64,000 nt of DNA, taken from NCBI GenBank assembly GCA_027489365.1, contig JAIXZV010000321.1:1379-65378 (forward strand), in the 5' to 3' direction. Numbering within the stretch: position 1 is the first letter of the stretch; each line of letters begins with the position of its first letter. Source of the stretch: Sphingomonadales bacterium (GTDB taxonomy: Bacteria; Pseudomonadota; Alphaproteobacteria; Sphingomonadales; Sphingomonadaceae). The position numbers and the translations under genes were made by a program. Under the pieces are notes generated by a model. The model searched no databases. It was given only the letters and a program-made list of their open reading frames with translations, and was not told the origin of the DNA. Below are positions 28,239 through 38,001 of this stretch, one piece after another.

Positions 28239-31088
28239 ATGGGCAGTAAGCGGATTGCACTGATGCGGGCGGGATTGTTGCGGGGCGGCTCTGCGCTGCT
28301 CGTCAGCATGATGATGACGGGCACGGCGATGGCGCAGACCGCCGAGCCGCAAGTCCAGGAAGACGAAGCGATCGTCGTAACCGGGTCGCGCATTCCGCGC
28401 CCGGACGTCGATTCGAATAGCCCGGTCAACGTAATCAGCGGCGCGGAGATCCGTCAGACCGCCACGCTCGAAACCGAACAACTGCTCAACGCACTGCCGC
28501 AGGCGGTGGCGGGCGCGGGGTCGCAATCCAACGCCGGCAACGGCTCGGCCACGGTCAATCTGCGCAACCTCGGTGCCGCACGGACGTTGGTGCTGCAGAA
28601 CGGCCGTCGGATCGTCGGCGCCAGCCAGGACGGCGTGGTCGACATCAACATGATCCCGCCCTCGATGATCGAGCGGATCGAAGTGGTCACCGGCGGCGCA
28701 TCGGCAGTGTACGGCTCGGATGCGATGGCCGGCGTCGTCAACTTCGTCACCAAGACCAATTTCCAGGGCCTCGAAGTCAGCGGTCAGTACGGCATCAGCG
28801 ATGAAGGCGATGCCGCGCGCTACAATATCGACCTCACCGCCGGCGGCAATTTCAACGACGGTCGCGGCAACATCGTGTTCAACGGCAGCTATTATGACCG
28901 GTCGATGGTGAAGGGCGCCGCGCGCGCGCACGCCTCGCTCTATCTGGTCGATGCCGTGCAGAACGGTGTCGGCGTCCTCGTGCCTGGCGGCAACGGCGTG
29001 ACCCCGCAGGGCACGATCTTCACGCCCGCATTGGTCGGCAAGAAGGACCAGTTCGGCAATACGATCGGCACCGCCGGTATCTTCTTCGCGCCTGAAGGCT
29101 GGCGCGCGTACCAGACCAGCGATGGCTTCAACGACCGACCGTACACCAATCTCCAGATGCCGATGAAGCGCTGGTCGGCGGCGCTGACCGGTCATTACGA
29201 CGTGACCGAGGGCGTCACTGCATTCTGGGAAGGCAATTACGTCCGCAGCGAACTCAACTCGACACTGGGTGCGGTGCCCATGAGCAGCTCGGGCTTCCTG
29301 CCGAATTTCCAGTTCGATCTGCGCAATCCCTATCTGTCGCCCTCGCTGCGTACGTTCCTGGCCACCAATCTTGACGCGGACGGGGACAATCTCGTGTCGC
29401 TCAACATCAATCGCCGTTTGCTCGATTTCGGGTCGCGGACCGACGATCAGACCCGCGAATTCTCGCGCTTCGTGTTTGGCTTGAAGGGCGCGCTGACCGA
29501 CAAGCTGAACTGGGAGGCGTTCTACAACCAGGGTCATGTCCGCATCACCGAGGTGCAGGGCGGCGGCGTGCTGATCGACAATTTCGCCAATGCGTTCCTA
29601 ACCAACCCCAGCAATCCCTATGATTGCCTGACCGCCGATGCACGCTGCGTCACGATCAACCCGTTCGGGCTGATGTCGATGACCAAGCCGATGATCGATT
29701 ATATCTACACCAACCTGACCAACATCACCGTGCTCGATCAGAAGCAGGCGGGTGCCAGCATCACCGGCACACTGTTCAAGCTGCCGGCCGGGAATGTCGG
29801 TATCTCGGTTGGTGCCGAGTATCGCAAGGAAAGCTCGACCTTCACGCCCGACCAGCTTTACATCCAGGGCAAGGCGCTTTCGCGATCGGCCGGGATTCAG
29901 GCGACCGGCGGCAGCTTCGACGTCAAGGAAGTGTATGGCGAGGTCGCCGTGCCGATCCTGGCCGACGTGCCGTTCATCAAGATGCTCGCGTTCGAAGGCG
30001 GCATCCGTTACTCCGATTACTCGACCGCAGGCGGCGTGGTTTCGTGGAAGGCCGGTGGCGAATATTCGCCGGTTAAGGGCCTCAAGTTCCGCGGCCTTTA
30101 TCAGCGCGCAGTGCGTGCCCCCAACGTGATCGAACTCTATTCGGGCGCGACCAACACTGCACCGCAGGCCACCGACTTCTGCAACGCCAGCGGCGCCAAT
30201 CGCACCGCTGCCGAGCGGACCTTCTGCGTCAATTCGCTGGGCGTTCCGGCCAGCGTGATCGATGTGTTCCAGCAGGAGAACGTCCAGATCCGCGCGATCA
30301 CCGGCGGCAATCCCAATTTGCGGGAGGAAACCTCGGACACGTGGTCGGTCGGCGCGGTGGTGCGTCCGGAGATCATTCCGAACCTCCAGTTCACCGTGGA
30401 TTATTACAATATCAAGATTGCCGGTGCGATCGCGTCGTTCGGTGGCGGCCTGCAGTCGGTCATCACGGCCTGCCGCGCCAATTTGTCGATGAGCAACATC
30501 TTCTGTCAGCCGCTCACCAAGCGTTCGTCGGACGGCCAGCTTTATGACGTGCCGCTGCTCAACGCGAACATCGCCTCGATCAAGACTGCGGGCGTGGATT
30601 TCCGGCTCGACTACCGCCACGACATCGGCGCGCTGGGCCGCCTCAGCTATTATGTGGCGGGCAGCTACCTCATCAACAGCATCGTCCAGAGCAGCCCGAT
30701 CGTCGCGGCGATTGACTGCGCGGGCTATATCGGCGGCGGCAGCTGCAGCAACGCCAACCCGAAGTGGCGGTTCACGCAACGCCTGACGTGGGACGTTTCC
30801 GACGCCTTCCAGCTCTCGCTGCGCCACCGCTTCATCGGTTCGGTGAAGGACGGGCGTATCGCTGCGGCAAAGGCATCGGGCGCGGCGATGCCTCTGCTCG
30901 CCGTGTCGGAGACCGGTCAGATCAGCTATTTCGATCTGAGTGCGTCCTATGACTTTGCCGAGGGCTTCAGCCTCTTCGGAACGGTCGACAATCTGGGCGA
31001 TCACAACCCGCCGTTCCAGCTTTACGAGCGGGACACCTATGACGCGATCGGTCGCCGGTTCACGATCGGCTTCCGTAAGAAGTTCTGA
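28239..31088 (+). CDS. TonB-dependent receptor (large, 949 aa)
   Basis: IVVTGSRIPR, VNLRNLGAARTLVLQNGRR, IERIEVVTGGASAVYGSDA, C-terminal RKKF. Confidence 0.95.
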   Translation: MGSKRIALMRAGLLRGGSALLVSMMMTGTAMAQTAEPQVQEDEAIVVTGSRIPRPDVDSNSPVNVISGAEIRQTATLETEQLLNALPQAVAGAGSQSNAGNGSATVNLRNLGAARTLVLQNGRRIVGASQDGVVDINMIPPSMIERIEVVTGGASAVYGSDAMAGVVNFVTKTNFQGLEVSGQYGISDEGDAARYNIDLTAGGNFNDGRGNIVFNGSYYDRSMVKGAARAHASLYLVDAVQNGVGVLVPGGNGVTPQGTIFTPALVGKKDQFGNTIGTAGIFFAPEGWRAYQTSDGFNDRPYTNLQMPMKRWSAALTGHYDVTEGVTAFWEGNYVRSELNSTLGAVPMSSSGFLPNFQFDLRNPYLSPSLRTFLATNLDADGDNLVSLNINRRLLDFGSRTDDQTREFSRFVFGLKGALTDKLNWEAFYNQGHVRITEVQGGGVLIDNFANAFLTNPSNPYDCLTADARCVTINPFGLMSMTKPMIDYIYTNLTNITVLDQKQAGASITGTLFKLPAGNVGISVGAEYRKESSTFTPDQLYIQGKALSRSAGIQATGGSFDVKEVYGEVAVPILADVPFIKMLAFEGGIRYSDYSTAGGVVSWKAGGEYSPVKGLKFRGLYQRAVRAPNVIELYSGATNTAPQATDFCNASGANRTAAERTFCVNSLGVPASVIDVFQQENVQIRAITGGNPNLREETSDTWSVGAVVRPEIIPNLQFTVDYYNIKIAGAIASFGGGLQSVITACRANLSMSNIFCQPLTKRSSDGQLYDVPLLNANIASIKTAGVDFRLDYRHDIGALGRLSYYVAGSYLINSIVQSSPIVAAIDCAGYIGGGSCSNANPKWRFTQRLTWDVSDAFQLSLRHRFIGSVKDGRIAAAKASGAAMPLLAVSETGQISYFDLSASYDFAEGFSLFGTVDNLGDHNPPFQLYERDTYDAIGRRFTIGFRKKF

Positions 31089-31099
31089 GGCCGCAAAGT

Positions 31100-31127
31100 C
31101 CGGCGGCGGCGCGAGCGCTGCCGCCGG
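31100..31127 (+). terminator. Stem-loop after the TonB receptor (attenuator or mRNA stabiliser)
   Basis: ccggcggcggcg-cgag-cgctgccgccgg, a 12-bp stem with one G-U pair; no U-tract. Confidence 0.5.
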
Positions 31128-31182
31128 CAAAGGCGGCGTTTCGCGCCGGGTGCGTCGATTCGTGATTGAAGGTGTTGGGAAG

Positions 31183-33414
31183 ATGATGAAGTTCCGCAGT
31201 TCCATCCCTGCGATGTCGGTGCTGCTGGCGATCGCATCGCTGAGTACGGCCGCGCCGACATCGGCCCAACAAGCCCAAGGACCTGCAAAGGGCACCGCGC
31301 AGGTGGCCGGCACCAGCTTCTCGATCGACGAACTCTATCGCTACAAGAGCCTCGTCGGCATCGACCCGCAAGGCTATAGCTGGTCGGCGGATGGCAGTGC
31401 GGTGCTCTTCCTGTGGAATGACGACGGCTATTCGTTCCGCGACCTGTGGTCCTACGTGCCGAAGACCGGGAAAAAGACCCGGCTCACCTTCCTCGGCAAG
31501 GATAGCAAGCCCGAGGCCGAGGCGCGGGGCATCGGTCAGGCAGTGTTTCTCGATCGCGGTCGGGTCGCCTTCATACTGGGCGGTCAACTCCACATCCGCA
31601 GCGCCGACGGCACGGTCGTCAAGGTCGAAACCGACAAGCGCGGGATTGGGAAGCTGGCCGTCTCGCCCGACGGCAGCAAGCTCGCCTTCATCGCCGCTGC
31701 CAGCACCGCCACGCCGGTCGCCCGCGGCGGCCAGCTGTGGGTGCGCGACGCCGCCGCAGGGGAGGGTGCCAGCGCCACCCGCCTGGTCGGCAGCGACGAT
31801 CCCAAGGTTTATATCGAAGATTTCAAATGGGCCGACAGCGGCAAGGCGATCGCCTTCCGGCAGGCCGATGATCGCGCCATGCCCGAGCGCGACATCTATT
31901 ACGACGCCAAGGGCAAGCTCCAGAACAACCGCGTGATCCGCGCTTTTCCGGGGGAGGAGACCAGCAAGACGACCATCGGCGTGGTCGACCTCACGACCGG
32001 TGCGTCGCGCCTGTTCGAGCGTCCCGACGCCAAGCACGACGTGTGGGGGTACGGCCTGTCGCATGACGGCAAGCGGCTGTTCGTCAGCGGCTCCGACATG
32101 GAGGCTAAGGAACACACAATCTATCTCTACGATGCCGCCAGCGGCGCGCGCGAAACCTTCTACCAATTGCGCGAACCGAAACATCTGCGGCCCGATTGGG
32201 AAGTTGCCTGGGCGCCCGGCGACGACGGGCTAATCATCCTCACCGATCGCGACGGCTGGCTCCAGCTCTATCACCAGCGCAAGGCGGGCGAGACGCCGCG
32301 CCAGATCACCAGTGGCAAATGGGAGATCGCCTCGTTCGAGGTCGATGCCAAGAACCGCCAGATCTATTTCGTCGCCAATGAATCCGCGCTCGAGGATCGC
32401 CAGATCTATCGCGTGCCGGTGGCGGGCGGGAAGATCCAGCGGATCAGCGGCGCTGCCGGCGGCACGCACGAGCCGGTCTATGCCCCCGATTTCAGCCGGA
32501 TCGCCGATTGGTACAGCAATGACGATCTGCCGCCCGAGCTGTTCATGATCGACACGGCCCGGCCCGGCCCGGCCGCGCAGATCACCAAATCGCCGCAGCC
32601 GGATTTCTACGGCCAGACCTGGGCGAAGACGCGCTACGTCCAGTTTCCGAGCCATGTCGACGGGATGAACCTGCTCGGGCGGGTCAGCGTGCCGGCCAAT
32701 TTCGACCCCACCAAGAAATATCCGGTGATCGTCGGCTCGGTCTATTCGGACGCGGTCCACAACCAATGGGGCGGGCGGCGCGCGCACCCGACCTGGGGGC
32801 TCGACCAGTATTTCGTCGCGCAGGGTTATATTGTCCTGACCGTCAACATCCGCGGATCCTGGGGGCAGGGCCGCGAGCACAACCAGACGCAGTATGAGAG
32901 TTACGGCGAGACCGACATCAACGATCTTGAGAGCGGCGTGCGCTATCTGATCGCGCAGGGCTATGTCGATCCCAAGCGTGTCGGCATCTGGGGCTCGAGC
33001 TATGGCGGGCTGATGACGATCATGTCGCTGTCGAAGAAGCCCGGCCTCTATGCCGCGGGCATCGCCGGTGCGCCCGCGACCAACGTGTGGCATGCCTTCC
33101 CGGCACAGATGTGGATCATGGGCCCGCCCGACGGACCGGATATGCCCAAGCGCTACGAAGCGCAGTCGGCGCTCTATCAGGCGAAGGGGATCAAGGATCC
33201 GTTGATGATCATCCACGGCACGCGCGATTCGGTCGTGCTCTATTCGGACACGATGGCGCTGGCCGAGCAGATGGTCCAGCGCGAGCAGATGTTCGAGCTC
33301 GTCACGCTGCCCGGTGCGAACCATCCGTGGGACGCGGAGAACATTCCGCAGACGCGCTTCGCGTTCAAGAAGATGGTCGATTTCTTCGATCGCACCGTGA
33401 AGAACCGGAAGTAA
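31183..33414 (+). CDS. Secreted S9-family (dipeptidyl peptidase IV-like) serine peptidase
   Basis: Signal peptide, beta-propeller repeats, GIWGSSYGG nucleophile, HGTRD, GANH. Confidence 0.92.
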   Translation: MMKFRSSIPAMSVLLAIASLSTAAPTSAQQAQGPAKGTAQVAGTSFSIDELYRYKSLVGIDPQGYSWSADGSAVLFLWNDDGYSFRDLWSYVPKTGKKTRLTFLGKDSKPEAEARGIGQAVFLDRGRVAFILGGQLHIRSADGTVVKVETDKRGIGKLAVSPDGSKLAFIAAASTATPVARGGQLWVRDAAAGEGASATRLVGSDDPKVYIEDFKWADSGKAIAFRQADDRAMPERDIYYDAKGKLQNNRVIRAFPGEETSKTTIGVVDLTTGASRLFERPDAKHDVWGYGLSHDGKRLFVSGSDMEAKEHTIYLYDAASGARETFYQLREPKHLRPDWEVAWAPGDDGLIILTDRDGWLQLYHQRKAGETPRQITSGKWEIASFEVDAKNRQIYFVANESALEDRQIYRVPVAGGKIQRISGAAGGTHEPVYAPDFSRIADWYSNDDLPPELFMIDTARPGPAAQITKSPQPDFYGQTWAKTRYVQFPSHVDGMNLLGRVSVPANFDPTKKYPVIVGSVYSDAVHNQWGGRRAHPTWGLDQYFVAQGYIVLTVNIRGSWGQGREHNQTQYESYGETDINDLESGVRYLIAQGYVDPKRVGIWGSSYGGLMTIMSLSKKPGLYAAGIAGAPATNVWHAFPAQMWIMGPPDGPDMPKRYEAQSALYQAKGIKDPLMIIHGTRDSVVLYSDTMALAEQMVQREQMFELVTLPGANHPWDAENIPQTRFAFKKMVDFFDRTVKNRK

Positions 33415-33415
33415 C

Positions 33416-35104
33416 ATGCGGCGTGGGGGCATTGCAGCAACGCTCAGGGCAGCACTGATCGGAGGCGCCATGCTGATGGTGGCGCAGGCAGCGCAGGCGC
33501 AGCAGGCCGTTCAGCAGCTCGGTGCCGATTTCTGGGCATGGCGTGCGACCACCCAGCCCGCGAGCAGCGACGACATTCCGCGCATCGTCCGCCCGGCCAA
33601 CTGGGTGCCCGACTGGTCACCGGCTGGGGTGGCGGCACAGCGGGCGCAGCTCGCGGCGTTCGAGGCGCACTGGAAGGCGTTGGAAGCGGTGCCGCGCAAC
33701 GTCAGCGAAAAGGTCGATTACCGGCTGGTCGGCTCGGCGCTGGCCCGCGTCCATTGGGAGATGGACCATGTCGCCGCCTGGCGCCGCCAGCCGCATTTCT
33801 ACACGGCACAGGCGCTCAACCCGGTATTCGAGGCGCTGCTGCCGCCCCCGCCAGTGTCGCGCGCGCGCATCGACACCGTGATCCGTTTGCTCGCCAATAC
33901 GCCAGCCGTGCTTGCCGCCGGCCGCGCGAACCTGGATGATATGCGCGGTCCGTTCGTCGATGTGGCGCTCAGCCAGCTCACCGAAATTCCGAGCAGTCTG
34001 CGCGGCATGGCGGCAGGGCTCTATCCCCACGCCGATGTCGGCCAGAAAAAGCGGCTCAAGGCCGTGGTCGATGCGGCGATAACCGCCTTTGCCGGCTACA
34101 CCACTTTCCTCAAGGCGAAGCGTGTCGGCCTGCCCGAACAGACCGCCGTCGGCCGCGAGAGCTATCGTTATTTCCTCGGCAATGTCGGCCTCTATCCGTA
34201 TTCGCCCGAGCAACTCGTCGCGATGGGGCGGCAGGAATGGGCGCGCTCGGTGTTGTTCGAAACGCTCGAGCGCAACCGCAACGCAGGCCTGCCCGAGCTG
34301 CCGATCGGCGGCTCGATCGGTGCGGTCACCGCGCAGCTCGACGCCGACGAGCTCAAGGTCCGTGCGTTTCTCACCGCGAACAAACTCCTCACGGTTCCGG
34401 ATTGGGTCGGGCATTACAAGGCGCAGCCTTTCCCGGCCTATCTCGCGCCGATCGGCTGGCTGGGCCGGACTTTCGATTTCACCAGCATCGATCGCGTAGG
34501 GCAGGATGCGACCGTCTATCTGCCCGATCCCTCGCCCAAGCTCGGCTATTTCAACCTCTCGATCGCGCGCGATCCACGACCGATCATCGTTCATGAGGGC
34601 GTGCCGGGTCATTTCTTCCAGCTTAGTCTTAGCTGGCGGAACCCCGATCCGCTGCGCCGCCGTTACTATGACAGCGGCGCGAACGAAGGCACCGGCTTCT
34701 ATGCCGAGGAAATGATGCTTCAGGCGGGCTTCTGGGCCGATGCCCCGAAGACGCGCGAGATCATCTATAATTTCGCACGGTTGCGCGCGCTGCGGGTCGA
34801 AGTGGACGTGAAGCTCGCGCTGGGGGACTTCACCATCGCGCAGGCTGCGCACTATCTGGAGACGATGGTTCCGATGGACCAAGCGACGGCGCGCGAGGAA
34901 GCCACCTTCTTTGCCGCCGCGCCCGGTCAGGCAATCAGCTACCAGATCGGCAAGATGCAGACGACCGAGTTCCTGGCGGAGGCGCGGGTGCGCGAGGGCA
35001 AGTCCTTCGATCTCAGGCGGTTTCACGATTACCTCTGGAGCAACGGCAATGTGCCGATCGCGCTGCAGAAGGAAGAGTATCTGTCGATGGCGACGGGCAA
35101 ATAA
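33416..35104 (+). CDS. Secreted DUF885-family protein (copy 2)
   Basis: Signal peptide; HEGVPGHFFQ, NEGTGFYAEE, PGQAISYQIG, FDLRRFHD. Confidence 0.87.
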   Translation: MRRGGIAATLRAALIGGAMLMVAQAAQAQQAVQQLGADFWAWRATTQPASSDDIPRIVRPANWVPDWSPAGVAAQRAQLAAFEAHWKALEAVPRNVSEKVDYRLVGSALARVHWEMDHVAAWRRQPHFYTAQALNPVFEALLPPPPVSRARIDTVIRLLANTPAVLAAGRANLDDMRGPFVDVALSQLTEIPSSLRGMAAGLYPHADVGQKKRLKAVVDAAITAFAGYTTFLKAKRVGLPEQTAVGRESYRYFLGNVGLYPYSPEQLVAMGRQEWARSVLFETLERNRNAGLPELPIGGSIGAVTAQLDADELKVRAFLTANKLLTVPDWVGHYKAQPFPAYLAPIGWLGRTFDFTSIDRVGQDATVYLPDPSPKLGYFNLSIARDPRPIIVHEGVPGHFFQLSLSWRNPDPLRRRYYDSGANEGTGFYAEEMMLQAGFWADAPKTREIIYNFARLRALRVEVDVKLALGDFTIAQAAHYLETMVPMDQATAREEATFFAAAPGQAISYQIGKMQTTEFLAEARVREGKSFDLRRFHDYLWSNGNVPIALQKEEYLSMATGK

Positions 35105-35118
35105 GGGGTATGCTTGCG

Positions 35119-35598
35119 ATGGATCTGGTGCGTTTCACGGAGCCGAACTCGGGCCTGTCGGCACGCTGCCGCCTGCTTCCCGAAGCTGCGCCGCAATCCT
35201 GTGCTTTCCTGCGCGACCTCGCCGGGCGTCGCGCCTCGTTCGAGGCGATGCACGCGATCTGGACTGGGCCGGAAATCTCGGTGCCGATGCCCGCGGCATC
35301 GCTGCCGGCCGGCATGGCCCAGCCCGCGATCCCGCCCGAGAATGCGACGTCCTATCCGGCTGCCGGCGACATCGTCCTCGCCTATCTTGCCGCAGGCAGC
35401 ACGCATGGGCTGCCGCCCGGTCCGTTCTACGACATCGGCCTGTTCTACGGCCCCGGCGGGCGGTTGCTGATGCCGTTCGGCTGGATCCAGGCGAACGTCT
35501 GCGCGCGCTTCCTCGACGACGACATGGAAAAGGCGGTCGCCGATTGCCGCGCGATCCGCCGCAGCGGTGCCTGCACGATCACCATCGAGCCCGCCTGA
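35119..35598 (+). CDS. DUF3830-family (cyclophilin-like fold) protein
   Basis: APQSCAFL, HAIWTGPEI, IPPENATSYPAAGDI, DIGLFYG. Confidence 0.75.
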   Translation: MDLVRFTEPNSGLSARCRLLPEAAPQSCAFLRDLAGRRASFEAMHAIWTGPEISVPMPAASLPAGMAQPAIPPENATSYPAAGDIVLAYLAAGSTHGLPPGPFYDIGLFYGPGGRLLMPFGWIQANVCARFLDDDMEKAVADCRAIRRSGACTITIEPA

Positions 35599-35609
35599 AG
35601 GATCCGGAT

Positions 35610-36509
35610 ATGACCTATGCCGATCTGATGTCCGTCCTGGGCCATTGGGTGCTCCCCGGATCGCTGATCGCGATCATGGCGTCGATGGGCCTGTCGCTCA
35701 CCGCCGACGATTTCCGCGCTGTGTTCCGCAACAAGCGCGCGCTGATTTTCGGTGTCTGCTCGATGTTGATCGTGCCGCCGCTGATCGGGCTGACGCTGGC
35801 ATTGACCGTGGCCCCGACGCCCGCGCTGGCGGTCGGTTTCGTGCTGCTCGCGACGACGCCGGGGGGGATGCTCTCCAATCTCTTTACCGATGCGGCGAAG
35901 GGCGATCTCGCTTTGTCGATGTCGATGACGCTGCTGCTCAGCATGATCTACATTCTGGTCGTGCCGATTTACGCGCATTTTGCGCTGGCGCATTTCATGG
36001 GGCTGGAGGCGGACGTGAAGGTGCCGCTCGGCAGCTTCTTCTGGGACATCTTCTCGATCACGGTACTGCCCGCCGCCGCCGGTTTCACGTTGCGCGCGCT
36101 GCGACCGGCCTTTGCGATCGCGTTCAAGAAATATCTCAAAAACGTCGCGATGATCGTGCTGTTTTCGGCCTTTGCGATCATCCTGTTCGATCAGGTGCCG
36201 GTGCTGCGCCAGAATTTGGGGGCGCTGTTCTGGATCACCGTCGCGCTCAACCTGATCATGGTCTGCGTGGTGATGACGATCACGCGCTTCGCCGGCTTTA
36301 CCCGGCGCGAGAACATCGCGATCGGGATCGAGCATCTGATGCGGCAGGAGGGCACGGCGATCTTCATCGCGGTGAGCATCGTCGGCAATAACGAGATGTC
36401 GCTCCCGATGATCATGAACACGCCGATCGCGCTCTGCTTCGTGCTGGCGTTCGTCGCACTCGCGCGTCGCTCCGAGCGCGGCGCGCCTGCCGTGCCCGCC
36501 GCCGCCTGA
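35610..36509 (+). CDS. Bile acid:sodium symporter (BASS) family transporter
   Basis: IMASMGLSLTADDF, PGGMLSNLFTDAAKGDLALSMSMT; multiple TM segments. Confidence 0.88.
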   Translation: MTYADLMSVLGHWVLPGSLIAIMASMGLSLTADDFRAVFRNKRALIFGVCSMLIVPPLIGLTLALTVAPTPALAVGFVLLATTPGGMLSNLFTDAAKGDLALSMSMTLLLSMIYILVVPIYAHFALAHFMGLEADVKVPLGSFFWDIFSITVLPAAAGFTLRALRPAFAIAFKKYLKNVAMIVLFSAFAIILFDQVPVLRQNLGALFWITVALNLIMVCVVMTITRFAGFTRRENIAIGIEHLMRQEGTAIFIAVSIVGNNEMSLPMIMNTPIALCFVLAFVALARRSERGAPAVPAAA

Positions 36510-36642
36510 CCGTTTCCGCACATCAACGCCTGCGGGCAAATGAAAGAGTTCGAAGGTCCATGCCCATGTTCCGTAGTGCGGATGTCGCCGGAGGGTTCAC
36601 CCTCTCCGCGCCGACGCCCAGTCTTACCCTTATGACCGAGCG

Positions 36643-37962
36643 GTGATGCGACATCAGCCCATTCCCCGCGGTGCCGCTGCGGGCCCGTCGAGCGCACCCC
36701 CGTCGACCACACCTTTGTGGGTCGCGACCGCAGTGCCCGGCCCGCTTCTCGTTCCGCTTGTCGGCGAGATCGAGGCCGACGTGCTGGTCATCGGTGGCGG
36801 CATCGCCGGAATGACCACGGCGCTGCACCTGGCGGAGGCCGAAGTCGATACGGTGCTGCTCGAGGCGGGCCAGCCCGGCGATCAGGCGACCGGCTGGAGC
36901 GGCGGACTCGTCGCCCCCGATTACATCCGCCACACGCCCGAGACGATCGGCGCTGCGCTCGGTCGCCAGCGCGGCGAGCGGCTGACCGCGATGATCGGCG
37001 GGTCGGCGCGCGCGGTGTTCGACCTGATCGAGCGGCACCAGATCGATTGCGATGCGCGGGCTGACGGTTTCTTTACCCCGGCGCACACCGATGGTCTGGC
37101 GCAGCAGCAGCGCGGCTATGCCAATCAATGGGCGTCACGCGGTTTCGACGTCCGCTTCATCGAGGGGGCCGAGGCACGCAAAGTCTTCGGGGCCGAGCGC
37201 TATTGCGGCGGGCTGCGCTTCGGCGACGGGGGCAGCCTCAATCCGCTCGGCTATGTCCGCGGCATCGCGCGCGCCGCGCGCAACCACGGCGCGCGGCTGT
37301 TCAGCGAGAGCCCGGTCACGCGGCTGGAACGCGAAGGCGACCGCTGGATCGCGTACACGCCGCGCGGCACCGTCTCGGCGCGGCGCGTAGTGCTCGCGGC
37401 GAATGGCGGCAATGCGAAGCTGCATCCGGCCCTGCGCCGCACCGCGCTGCCGCTGCATGTCGTGCAGTTCGCGACCGCGCCGCTCGACGCGGCGCAGCGT
37501 GCCGTGATCCTGCCCGAGGGCGGCGCCTATACCGACAAGACCCCGTACATCTTTTCCGCCCGGCTCGATTCGCAGGGGCGTCTGATTTCGGCCTTCCCGA
37601 TGTCGTTCCTCCTGCAAGGCGGCAAGGCGCATCTGCGCGAGGCGCAACGCCGCCTGAAGCAGCATTTCGACGCGATGCCCGATCCCCAGATCGACTATAT
37701 CTGGGAAGGCGTCGCGCAGGTGAACCCCTCGTTCCTGCCTGAACTCTATGATCTGGGCGACGGCGCGCTGGCGATCCAGGCGTGCAATGGCCGCGGCATC
37801 AGCATCAACACCCAGCTCGGCATCGAAGTCGCCACCGCGATCGCGACGAACCGCCGCGATGCGCTCTCGGTAACGCCGCGCGCACCGCGTCCGATCCGGC
37901 TTCATGCGGGAGCAGCGCTGCTGCCCAAGCTGTTGATGACGATGGCGTGGCTGTCCAATTGA
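36643..37962 (+). CDS. FAD-dependent oxidoreductase (DAO/PuuB-like)
   Basis: DVLVIGGGIAG, ATGWSGG, LNPLGYVRG, CNGRGI. Confidence 0.88.
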   Translation: MMRHQPIPRGAAAGPSSAPPSTTPLWVATAVPGPLLVPLVGEIEADVLVIGGGIAGMTTALHLAEAEVDTVLLEAGQPGDQATGWSGGLVAPDYIRHTPETIGAALGRQRGERLTAMIGGSARAVFDLIERHQIDCDARADGFFTPAHTDGLAQQQRGYANQWASRGFDVRFIEGAEARKVFGAERYCGGLRFGDGGSLNPLGYVRGIARAARNHGARLFSESPVTRLEREGDRWIAYTPRGTVSARRVVLAANGGNAKLHPALRRTALPLHVVQFATAPLDAAQRAVILPEGGAYTDKTPYIFSARLDSQGRLISAFPMSFLLQGGKAHLREAQRRLKQHFDAMPDPQIDYIWEGVAQVNPSFLPELYDLGDGALAIQACNGRGISINTQLGIEVATAIATNRRDALSVTPRAPRPIRLHAGAALLPKLLMTMAWLSN

Positions 37963-38001
37963 GCGCGCACGCGTGGCCCGCATGATCTTTGGGAGATTCG
38001 C

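Noticed and set aside
28182-31313. Long minus-strand ORFs (451 and 571 aa) opposite the TonB receptor
   Set aside because: Typical stop-poor antisense frames in high-GC DNA with no recognisable motifs. The same applies to most other overlapping ORFs in the track.
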